Shown here piece after piece: positions 1 to 7,669 of a DNA stretch of 37,917 nt; position 1 is the stretch's first letter; every line of letters starts with the position of its first letter. This DNA is from Rhodothermales bacterium (GTDB lineage: Bacteria > Bacteroidota > Rhodothermia > Rhodothermales > VXPQ01). The position numbers were made by a program, and so were the translations under genes. The stretch covers positions 1 to 37,917 of the forward strand of contig JBBDTI010000044.1 in NCBI GenBank assembly GCA_040904565.1. Direction: 5' to 3'. A model generated the notes under the pieces. That model made no database searches, was not told where the DNA came from, and saw nothing but the letters and a program-made list of their open reading frames with translations.

Positions 1-16
1 CGCGCGGACTGGTTTC

Positions 17-76
17 GGGCATCTCGCCGGGCATCTCGTCGGGCATCTCGCCGGGGATCTCGCCGGGGATCTCGTA
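17..76. repeat. 12-bp tandem repeat, 5 copies, GGG(C/G)ATCTCG(C/T)(C/A)
   Basis: Units at 17, 29, 41, 53, 65: gggcatctcgcc, gggcatctcgtc, gggcatctcgcc, ggggatctcgcc, ggggatctcgta. Confidence 0.9.
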
Positions 77-143
77 GCCAGGGCACGAAGCACCCGTCTC
101 ATCGTATACCAGAAAGGTCGCAGATCTGAAATGGACGCACCCC

Positions 144-1052
144 ATGAGGGATCCGAGCATGCAGCCGATCGAACGTCCGGCGTCGCAGCACGCCGCATCG
201 CAACATGATGCCGTGTCGCAACATTATGATGAACTCGATGCGCTCTACCGCCAGATATGGGGAGAGCACGTCCACCACGGGTTGTGGGTAAGGGGAGATG
301 AAACACGTCACGAGGCCGTTCGCTTACTCGTCGATCTCGTCGGAGCGGTTGCCGAACTCTCCCCGGGTGACCGGGTGGTGGACGTCGGCTCCGGCTATGG
401 AGCGTCCGCCCGCCAACTGGCGGCAGACTTCGGGGTCGACGTCACCGCCGTAACCCTCTCGCCGGCCCAGCATGCCTATGCCGTCCGTCAGTCCGCCGAG
501 AACCACGCACCGACGTACGTTCTCGGAAATTGGCTGGAGAACGACCTGCCTGAAGATTCCTACGATGCCGCCTACGCCATCGAGTCCCTCTCACACATCA
601 CCGATCTCTCGCGCTGCGTCGAGGAAGTACGGCGCGTGCTCCGCCGCGGCGGCCGCTTTGTGATCTGCGCGTGGACGGCGGTCGAGAAGCCGACGAACCG
701 GCAGGTTCGATACCTCCTCGATCCGATCTGTCGTGACGGACGCCTGGCGCACCTGTCGACCGTTACGCACTATGCAGAGACGCTGGAGCGTGCCGGATTC
801 GTCATCGAAGAATTTCGTGACCTGACCGATGGCGTCCGTCGTACGTGGACCCTGGCCCTTCGCCGCACGGCCGCGGCCCTGCTGTCGCAGCCTTCCCTGG
901 TGCGGACCCTCGCTCGTTCCGACGGCGAACACCGCACCTTCCTCACGACGATCGTTCGAATATGGATGGCGTATCGGACGGAAGCGATGCGATACGGACT
1001 CCTGAAGGCCAGGAACACCGATGGAGGCGGCAGGCCTGCCAACCTGGCATGA
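144..1052 (+). CDS. Class I SAM-dependent methyltransferase (tocopherol/sterol methyltransferase-like)
   Basis: SAM motif VVDVGSGYG; N-terminal HYDELDALYRQIWGEHVHHGLW typical of gamma-tocopherol-MT-like enzymes; YDAAYAIESLSH and LRRGGRFVI motifs. Start could be 159. Confidence 0.85.
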   Translation: MRDPSMQPIERPASQHAASQHDAVSQHYDELDALYRQIWGEHVHHGLWVRGDETRHEAVRLLVDLVGAVAELSPGDRVVDVGSGYGASARQLAADFGVDVTAVTLSPAQHAYAVRQSAENHAPTYVLGNWLENDLPEDSYDAAYAIESLSHITDLSRCVEEVRRVLRRGGRFVICAWTAVEKPTNRQVRYLLDPICRDGRLAHLSTVTHYAETLERAGFVIEEFRDLTDGVRRTWTLALRRTAAALLSQPSLVRTLARSDGEHRTFLTTIVRIWMAYRTEAMRYGLLKARNTDGGGRPANLA

Positions 1053-1166
1053 CGCCGGGCGTTGGTACGCTTTTCGTTCGTTTATGTATCGAAGCGTCGC
1101 AGTGAGACGAGCTGACGTTGTCGCCGTATTGTCGAATAGACCGCGCGTTCTATCGCGCTGAGATAC

Positions 1167-3800
1167 ATGAATCTCCAGAAATTTACAGTCAAGGCACAGG
1201 AGGCCGTCCAGAAGGCGATGGAGATGGCCGCCTCCGAGAATCACCAGGGCATCGAACCGCCGCACCTCGTCAGGGCGTTCCTGACGGATCCCGAGAGCAT
1301 CGTGATGTCGATCCTCCAGCGTCTCGAGGCGCAGATCCCTGTCCTCTCGAAAGCGATCGACGAAGCCATCTCTACATTGCCCGTCGTAACCGGCTCCAGC
1401 GTTTCGGGCCAGTACGTAGGAGACGACCTGAAGAAGGTCTTCGACCGTGCGCTTGCGGAAGCGGAAGTGCTGGGTGACGAATATATCTCGACGGAGCACC
1501 TGCTCGTGGCTCTGGCGGAATCCAAGGAGGCCGCCGGCGAGGCGCTTCGGTCCCAGGGGGTGAACAAGGAATCGATCCTGGCCGTCCTGAAGGACGTGCG
1601 GGGTGGCCAGAGCGTGACCGATCAGCATGCCGAAAGCCGGTACGAATCGCTCAAGCGGTTCGCTCAAGATCTCAATGAGCGGGCCCGGAAGGGTAAGATC
1701 GATCCCGTCATCGGACGCGACGAGGAAATTCGCAGGCTGCTCCAGATTCTGTCTCGACGGACGAAGAACAATCCCGTGCTCGTTGGTGAACCGGGTGTCG
1801 GCAAGACGGCCATCGCGGAAGGTCTGGCCATACGTATCGTGCAGGGTGACGTCCCGGAAGGGCTGAAGGACAAGCGCATCGTCGCGCTGGATATGGGCGC
1901 TCTCATCGCCGGCGCCAAGTACAGGGGCGAGTTCGAGGACCGTCTGAAGGCCGTCGTAAAGGAGGTTGCCGAGTCGGATGGACAGATCATCATGTTCATC
2001 GATGAGATCCACACACTCGTCGGCGCGGGCGCGGCCGAAGGGGCCATGGATGCGGCCAACATCCTCAAGCCTGCGCTGGCACGGGGTGAACTACGAGCCA
2101 TCGGCGCCACGACGCTCGACGAATACCGCAAGCACTTCGAGAAAGACAAGGCGCTGGAGCGCCGCTTCCAGATGGTGCTCGTCGCCGAGCCGAGCGTCGA
2201 AGACACTGTATCGATTCTTCGCGGCATCAAGGATCGCTACGAAGTCCACCACGGTGTTCGCATCCACGACTCGGCGCTCGTCGCGGCCGCGGAATTGAGC
2301 AATCGATACATCACGGATCGCTTCCTGCCCGATAAGGCCATCGACCTGATTGACGAATCCGCCGCGCGGCTCCGTATCGAGATCGATTCCATGCCCGAGG
2401 ACCTGGATCAGCTCGAGCGGCAGATCCGCCAGCTCGAAATAGAGCGCGAGGCCGTCAAGCGCGACGACGCCCTGGAGAAACTCGACCGGATCAACGAGGA
2501 CATCGCCAACCTGGAAGAGGAACGACAGGAGCTCCGCGCCCGGTGGCAGAAGGAGAAGGACCTCATCCTCAAAATTCAGAAGTCGAAGGAAGAGATCGAG
2601 AGCCTTCGCATCGAAGCCGAGAATCTCGAACGCGCAGGGGAATACGGACGCGTCGCCGAAATTCGATACGGACGCGTTCCGGCGCTGGAGCAGGAGATCG
2701 AGGAGGCCCAGTCGAAGCTGTCCGACATCCAGGAACAGGGGTCCCTGCTGAAGGAGGAAATCGACGCCGAGGATATCGCGGAGATTGTGTCGCGGTGGAC
2801 GGGCATCCCGGTTTCGAAGATGCTCGAAAGCGAACGGCAGAAGCTGCTCAAGCTGGAAGAGATGCTCGAAAACCGCGTCGTCGGACAGCCGGAGGCCCTG
2901 AAGGCCGTCTCCGATGCCGTCCGACGTGGACGAGCCGGACTCCAGGAAGAGACGCGTCCGATCGGCAGTTTCATCTTCATCGGCTCAACGGGAGTCGGCA
3001 AGACGGAGCTGGCCAAGGCGCTCGCCGAGTTTCTCTTCAACGACGAGAACGCGATGCTGCGCATCGACATGAGCGAATACCAGGAGCGCCACACGGTGAG
3101 CCGCCTGATCGGCGCTCCTCCGGGATACGTCGGGTACGAGGAAGGCGGACAGCTCACGGAGGCCGTCCGACGCCGTCCCTACTCGGTGGTTCTTTTGGAC
3201 GAAATCGAGAAGGCACACCCGGAGGTCTTCAACATCCTCCTCCAGGTGCTCGACGACGGTCGGTTGACCGACAACAAGGGGCGTGTGGCGGATTTCCGCA
3301 ACACGATTATCATTATGACGAGCAACATGGGATCCGACATCATTCAGGATCGGATCGAGGAGATGGGTGAGTTCGACGAAGCGGCCCGAGAGAAGGTGAA
3401 GGACGAGATATTCAGCCTGCTCAAGCAGCGGCTGCGCCCCGAGTTCCTGAACCGGATCGACGAGATCGTGATGTTCCGCCCGCTCGGTCGCGAACAGATC
3501 CGCGGCATCGTGGACATCCAGTTCGCACGCGTTCAGCGCATCGCGCAGCGCAATCATAACCTGACGCTGACGCTGACCGAGGAGGCGAAAGACTGGATCG
3601 CCGCGCGGGGATACGATCCGACCTTCGGGGCACGTCCGCTCAAGCGCGTGCTGCAGCGGGAGATTACCAACAAGCTCGCCGAAGAAGTGCTCTCCGGGGA
3701 GATTGTCGACGGCAGCCACGTGTTGATCGACGTGGCCACCGGCAGATCCGGACTCACGTTCGAAACCGTCGCCGACGAGGCGGAGGCTTCCGTAGCCTGA
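1167..3800 (+). CDS. clpB: ATP-dependent chaperone ClpB
   Basis: 877 aa; Clp N-domain, Walker A GEPGVGKT and [17 protein letters not shown] pore loop, coiled-coil middle domain, [20 protein letters not shown]. Confidence 0.98.
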   Translation: MNLQKFTVKAQEAVQKAMEMAASENHQGIEPPHLVRAFLTDPESIVMSILQRLEAQIPVLSKAIDEAISTLPVVTGSSVSGQYVGDDLKKVFDRALAEAEVLGDEYISTEHLLVALAESKEAAGEALRSQGVNKESILAVLKDVRGGQSVTDQHAESRYESLKRFAQDLNERARKGKIDPVIGRDEEIRRLLQILSRRTKNNPVLVGEPGVGKTAIAEGLAIRIVQGDVPEGLKDKRIVALDMGALIAGAKYRGEFEDRLKAVVKEVAESDGQIIMFIDEIHTLVGAGAAEGAMDAANILKPALARGELRAIGATTLDEYRKHFEKDKALERRFQMVLVAEPSVEDTVSILRGIKDRYEVHHGVRIHDSALVAAAELSNRYITDRFLPDKAIDLIDESAARLRIEIDSMPEDLDQLERQIRQLEIEREAVKRDDALEKLDRINEDIANLEEERQELRARWQKEKDLILKIQKSKEEIESLRIEAENLERAGEYGRVAEIRYGRVPALEQEIEEAQSKLSDIQEQGSLLKEEIDAEDIAEIVSRWTGIPVSKMLESERQKLLKLEEMLENRVVGQPEALKAVSDAVRRGRAGLQEETRPIGSFIFIGSTGVGKTELAKALAEFLFNDENAMLRIDMSEYQERHTVSRLIGAPPGYVGYEEGGQLTEAVRRRPYSVVLLDEIEKAHPEVFNILLQVLDDGRLTDNKGRVADFRNTIIIMTSNMGSDIIQDRIEEMGEFDEAAREKVKDEIFSLLKQRLRPEFLNRIDEIVMFRPLGREQIRGIVDIQFARVQRIAQRNHNLTLTLTEEAKDWIAARGYDPTFGARPLKRVLQREITNKLAEEVLSGEIVDGSHVLIDVATGRSGLTFETVADEAEASVA

Positions 3801-3882
3801 GATGCCCCTCGGATCGCCGCCGCACGTAGACCGTAGAAGAGAAACGAACCCTACCTATCATCACGTGAGAACGGAGCATTCA

Positions 3883-4311
3883 ATGGCTGAAGCGAAGAAG
3901 GGCGATAAGGTTTCCGTCCACTACACTGGTAAGCTCGAAGACGATACGGTCTTCGACAGCTCGACGGGAGGAGATCCACTCTCCTTCGAGATCGGTTCGG
4001 GACAGATCATCCCCGGCTTTGAAAAGGGAGTGATCGGGATGGCGCCGGGCGACTCCAAAACCGTCGACATTGCGCCGGAGCAGGCGTACGGACCCTATCG
4101 CGACGACCAGATCATCGAAGTCAGCGCGGAAAAGCTGCCCGACGACATCGACCCCGAAGTCGGCCAGCGCCTGCAAGTGCAGCAGCAGAACGGCGAAACG
4201 GCCGTCGTGACCGTTAAAGAAGTCACTGACGAGGTCGTGAAGCTCGACGCCAACCACCCCCTTGCTGGTAAGAAGCTCACCTTCGACATCGAGCTCGTTT
4301 CCGTAGACTGA
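3883..4311 (+). CDS. FKBP-type peptidyl-prolyl cis-trans isomerase (SlyD-like, no His-rich tail)
   Basis: MAEAKKGDKVSVHYTGKLEDDTVFDSS, QIIPGFE, LDANHPLAGKKLTFDIEL; ATG 3883 preceded by ggag. Confidence 0.95.
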   Translation: MAEAKKGDKVSVHYTGKLEDDTVFDSSTGGDPLSFEIGSGQIIPGFEKGVIGMAPGDSKTVDIAPEQAYGPYRDDQIIEVSAEKLPDDIDPEVGQRLQVQQQNGETAVVTVKEVTDEVVKLDANHPLAGKKLTFDIELVSVD

Positions 4312-4475
4312 CCTTTCTCACCGCTCGATCCTCACGTCTGTACGCGTATCGGCTGCGTTGGTCTTTCCCCTGAGACGGGGACTGATGATCGACGTTCGGC
4401 TGGGGCGATCACGACGAGATCGGCTTAATTTCCACGCCGCGGCGTTCGTATGTGTTCGCAGCCCGCACGACATCC

Positions 4476-4997
4476 ATGATCGACACCCACCTCCCCGGCT
4501 TTTCACTCCGATTCGCCGACCCCGACGACGTTCCGCTCATTCTGCGCTTCATTGAAGGCCTGGCCGACTTCGAACGACTCTCCGACGAATGCGTCGCGAC
4601 GGAAGACGGCCTGCGCAAGACGCTGTTCGGTGAGGACCGTTATGCGGAGGTCGTTCTCGGATACTACGAAAGCATCCCCGTGGGCTTCGCGCTCTTCTTC
4701 CACACGTACTCAACCTTCCTCGCCCGGCCCGGGATCTATCTGGAGGATCTCTTCATCCTTCCCGAATGGCGAGGTCGAGGCTACGGCCGGACGCTGTTGG
4801 CATTCCTGGCGAAGTTGGCCGTGGAGAGAGACTGCGGCCGGCTGGAATGGGCCGTGCTGGACTGGAATGAGGATGCCGTCCGATTCTACAGACGCCTCGG
4901 TGCGAAGCCACTGGACGAATGGACGACGTTTCGACTTGCCGGCGGCGCCCTCCGGGACCTTGCCTCAACCTCTCCGCGACCACCCTCGCGTAGGTAG
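4476..4997 (+). CDS. GNAT N-acetyltransferase (diamine/spermidine acetyltransferase-like)
   Basis: YSTFLARPGIYLEDLFILPEWRGRGYG and LEWAVLDWNEDAVRFY motifs; ATG 4476. Confidence 0.92.
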   Translation: MIDTHLPGFSLRFADPDDVPLILRFIEGLADFERLSDECVATEDGLRKTLFGEDRYAEVVLGYYESIPVGFALFFHTYSTFLARPGIYLEDLFILPEWRGRGYGRTLLAFLAKLAVERDCGRLEWAVLDWNEDAVRFYRRLGAKPLDEWTTFRLAGGALRDLASTSPRPPSRR

Positions 4998-5090
4998 TCC
5001 TCGAATGGGCGTCTACACATCAAAGCACGCTGGGTCTTACCTTCACCCCAACATCCACCCGTCCCTTGCGCCAAGAAGGCCTCGAAGACC

Positions 5091-6434
5091 ATGCAAAACC
5101 GACGAGATTTCCTCAAGACGGGCATCGCCCTTGCTGGAAGTGCCACGCTGCCGACCATCGTACCCGCATCCGCGCTTGGACGTACGACTCGTCCAGCGCC
5201 AAGCGACCGGATCTCACTCGGCTTCATCGGGACCGGAAACATGGGCACGAATCACCTGCTCGCCTTCCTGCCGGACGAACGCGTGCAGATTACGGCCGTG
5301 TGCGACGTGAACCGCGAGAGCGGAGGCTACTGGAATGGCAACATCGGCGGTCGAGAACCGGCCCAGCGCATCGTCAACTTCCATTACGGTGACAAAATCC
5401 AATCCGGGGAATTCTCGGCCTGCGACAGCTACGAAGACTTCCGTGAGCTTCTCGCGCGCGACGACATCGATGCCGTGGTCGTCGCCACGCCCGATCACTG
5501 GCACGCCATCCCCGTCATCGAAGCAGCACGCGCCGGCAAGCACATCTATGGAGAGAAGCCGCTCTCGCTGACCGTTCGTGAGGGCCGCGCCATGAGCGAC
5601 GCCGTCCGCCAGGCCGGCGTCGTCTTCCAGACGGGAAGCCAACAGCGGTCAGACTACATCTTCCGGCACGCCTGCGAACTCGTCCGCAACGGTCGCCTCG
5701 GAACGCTGCGCCGCGTACGCTGCGGCCTGCCTCCAGGGCAGCCCGATTTCGGTCTTACAGCGCACAGAAAGGAGCCGGAACCCGTTCCGGAGGGATTCAA
5801 CTACGATTTCTGGCTCGGGCCGGCACCCGAGGCCCCGTACGCACCGGCCCGGTGTCACGTCAATTTCCGCTGGATCCTCGATTACTCCGGTGGACAGGTT
5901 ACGGACTGGGGGGGGCATCACCCGGATATCGCTCAGTGGGGCATGGGCACGACGCGTACCGGACCGATCGCCATCCGAAACGCGCGCGGCACCTTCCCCG
6001 AAGACGACCTCTGGAATACGGCGACGGCGTTCCATTTTGAGGCCGTATACGACAGCGGCGTGACGATGGTCGTATCGAGCGAAGAACGCATGGGCGTTCG
6101 GTTCGAAGGCGACGACGGCTGGATCTGGGTCACGCGAGGCGGCTATGAAGTGTCCGATCCCGCCATCTGGGAGACCGTACTGAGCGACAATGACATCCGG
6201 CTCTACAGCAGCGACGACCATCGGTCGGACTTCCTCGAGAGCGTCCTGGCGGGCACCGATCCCATCGCTCCCATCGAGGAAGCACACCGCTCCATTTCAA
6301 TCGCGCACCTAGGAAATATCGCGATGCGGCTGGGGCGGGACCTCCGCTGGGATCCCGAACGCGAGGTCGTGCTCGACGATACGACAGCTAACGACATGCT
6401 CGGACGACCGATGAGAGGCGACTGGTCGCTCTAG
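5091..6434 (+). CDS. Gfo/Idh/MocA oxidoreductase with Tat signal
   Basis: RRDFLK twin-arginine signal, GFIGTGNMG, ATPDHWH, YGEKP, GSQQRS, DWGGHHPD. Confidence 0.93.
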   Translation: MQNRRDFLKTGIALAGSATLPTIVPASALGRTTRPAPSDRISLGFIGTGNMGTNHLLAFLPDERVQITAVCDVNRESGGYWNGNIGGREPAQRIVNFHYGDKIQSGEFSACDSYEDFRELLARDDIDAVVVATPDHWHAIPVIEAARAGKHIYGEKPLSLTVREGRAMSDAVRQAGVVFQTGSQQRSDYIFRHACELVRNGRLGTLRRVRCGLPPGQPDFGLTAHRKEPEPVPEGFNYDFWLGPAPEAPYAPARCHVNFRWILDYSGGQVTDWGGHHPDIAQWGMGTTRTGPIAIRNARGTFPEDDLWNTATAFHFEAVYDSGVTMVVSSEERMGVRFEGDDGWIWVTRGGYEVSDPAIWETVLSDNDIRLYSSDDHRSDFLESVLAGTDPIAPIEEAHRSISIAHLGNIAMRLGRDLRWDPEREVVLDDTTANDMLGRPMRGDWSL

Positions 6435-6473
6435 CGAGCGACGATCTGTCGGATGGCTTCCAGAGGCTGCGCG

Positions 6474-6893
6474 TCAGTCCTCCACCTTTCGCCCATGCTT
6501 GGTGGTGACGAGGATGACGCCGTCTCGCCCGCCCATTCCGTAGTAGGCGGTTTGCGGACCCTTTATCACCTCGATTTGGTCGATGTCGTACGGGTTGATG
6601 AACGACAGATTGCCGCGTTTACCCATCCTCGCCCCGTCGACTACGATGAGGGGGGGACCGACGGACCTTCGTATGCGCAGCTGTCTGTACTCGTTCAGAT
6701 AGACACCTGCTATGCGCGCGACCTGTTCTTCGAGCGATACGGTCGGCTCTATTCGCTCCAGAACCGAGGCCGAATCGGACCTCTCGGAACGAATCTGCTC
6801 TGACGGAAGGCATCCGCCTGCAGCGATCACAAGAAAAAACACGCAGAATGATGCGAACGATCCCGTTGAGATGACCTGAGATAAACGCTGCAT
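6474..6893 (-). CDS. Small lipoprotein consisting of a TonB-dependent receptor (SusC-like) plug domain
   Basis: ATG 6893; hydrophobic signal ending AGGC; PPLIVVDG...INPYDIDQIEVIKGPQTAYYGMGGRDGVILVTTK is the plug signature; no beta-barrel follows. Confidence 0.85.
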   Translation of the reverse strand: MQRLSQVISTGSFASFCVFFLVIAAGGCLPSEQIRSERSDSASVLERIEPTVSLEEQVARIAGVYLNEYRQLRIRRSVGPPLIVVDGARMGKRGNLSFINPYDIDQIEVIKGPQTAYYGMGGRDGVILVTTKHGRKVED

Positions 6894-6982
6894 GGGCTGA
6901 ATGCCTCTATGTTGCACCCGTCTATCTTTGCAAACTCCGTTGCGCCGTTCGAGTTGCGCCGTTTGAATCGCCCCGAGGGCCA

Positions 6983-7038
6983 CAAAGAAAAAGGCCCGGC
7001 ATGCGTCTGGCTCCTGGATTGCATGCGAGGCCTTTTTC
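6983..7038. terminator. Bidirectional intrinsic terminator-like hairpin
   Basis: gaaaaaggcc-cg-gcatgc ... gcatgc-ga-ggcctttttc inverted repeat with T tracts on both strands. Confidence 0.7.
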
Positions 7039-7085
7039 TCTGGCACACACCCTCGGAGGAGGTAGCTCCGAGAGATGCGATCTAT
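6983..7085 (-). ncRNA. Candidate small RNA or leader: CU-rich-loop hairpin plus terminator
   Basis: Minus strand: gcatctctcggag-ctacctc-ctccgagggtgt hairpin followed by the terminator. No family assignment made. Confidence 0.35.
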
Positions 7086-7466
7086 GTAAAACACCGTCCG
7101 CCGCTGCGTCGAATGCGGACGGTGATCACGTCTGGATGATGCGTCGTCGGTAGGACGCGTCGTGCGCGGTCCATGGGATGGTCGACGATCACGTCGTGTA
7201 ACGCTCATGGATTACGTAAGCACGCGGAACGTGTTACGTCCGGCATCATTTTGTGCCCTACGAAGGTGCGGCGAATGCCTTGCAACGCGCGACGACGTCC
7301 ATCCCCCAGCCATTCTCCCACTCCCTCCCGGATACCGCTCCAGGGGCCGTAGCGATACCCGCTGCACCCCTCTATCATTGGTGCAATAACGGACATATAT
7401 CGTGCGGGCGTTCGGCAACCCCGTTGTTTTTTCAGGATCTACACTGGAAGATGCGCGTGCCATACG

Positions 7467-7475
7467 TGTGGATAA
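7467..7475 (-). promoter_or_regulatory. Perfect DnaA box (TTATCCACA)
   Basis: Plus strand tgtggataa at 7467-7475, just upstream of a TTGCAA (7482-7487) / TTACTT (7505-7510) promoter-like pair before smc. A single copy could be chance. Confidence 0.4.
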
Positions 7476-7589
7476 TCTCGCTTGCAAAACGGCTTTACAT
7501 GGCGTTACTTATCGCTGATGTGTGTCCGGAGCAGGTACTGCCACCCCGGGCCCAGGACAACGCCCCAATGAACCCCTTCGTCAGAAGCT

Positions 7590-7667
7590 CACCACCCCTT
7601 AACACCACCCCTTAACACCACCCCTTAACACCACCCCTTAACACCGCCCCTTAACATCGCCCCTTAA
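7590..7667. repeat. 13-bp tandem repeat x6 (CACCACCCCTTAA) immediately before the smc ATG
   Basis: Four exact units (7590, 7603, 7616, 7629), then caccgccccttaa (7642) and catcgccccttaa (7655); ATG at 7670. Confidence 0.97.
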
Positions 7668-7669
7668 CG

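Noticed and set aside
591-2012. 473-aa minus ORF and similar long antisense ORFs (e.g. 25060-26544, 17686-18780, 22265-23341)
   Set aside because: Mirror frames of clpB, the permease, ftsH and uvrA with no independent coding signal.
6894-7208. N-terminal extension of the plug ORF to 244 aa, and small ORFs 7162-7615
   Set aside because: The extension crosses terminator hairpins and precedes a clear signal peptide; the small ORFs look non-coding.
7216-7231. Possible parS site upstream of smc (gtaagcacgcggaacg); also tcacgtga at 3861
   Set aside because: Only a half-site or core matches TGTTTCACGTGAAACA.
7590-7667. Repeat array as CRISPR or oriC DUE
   Set aside because: No spacers or cas genes; units are C-rich rather than AT-rich; only one DnaA box seen nearby.
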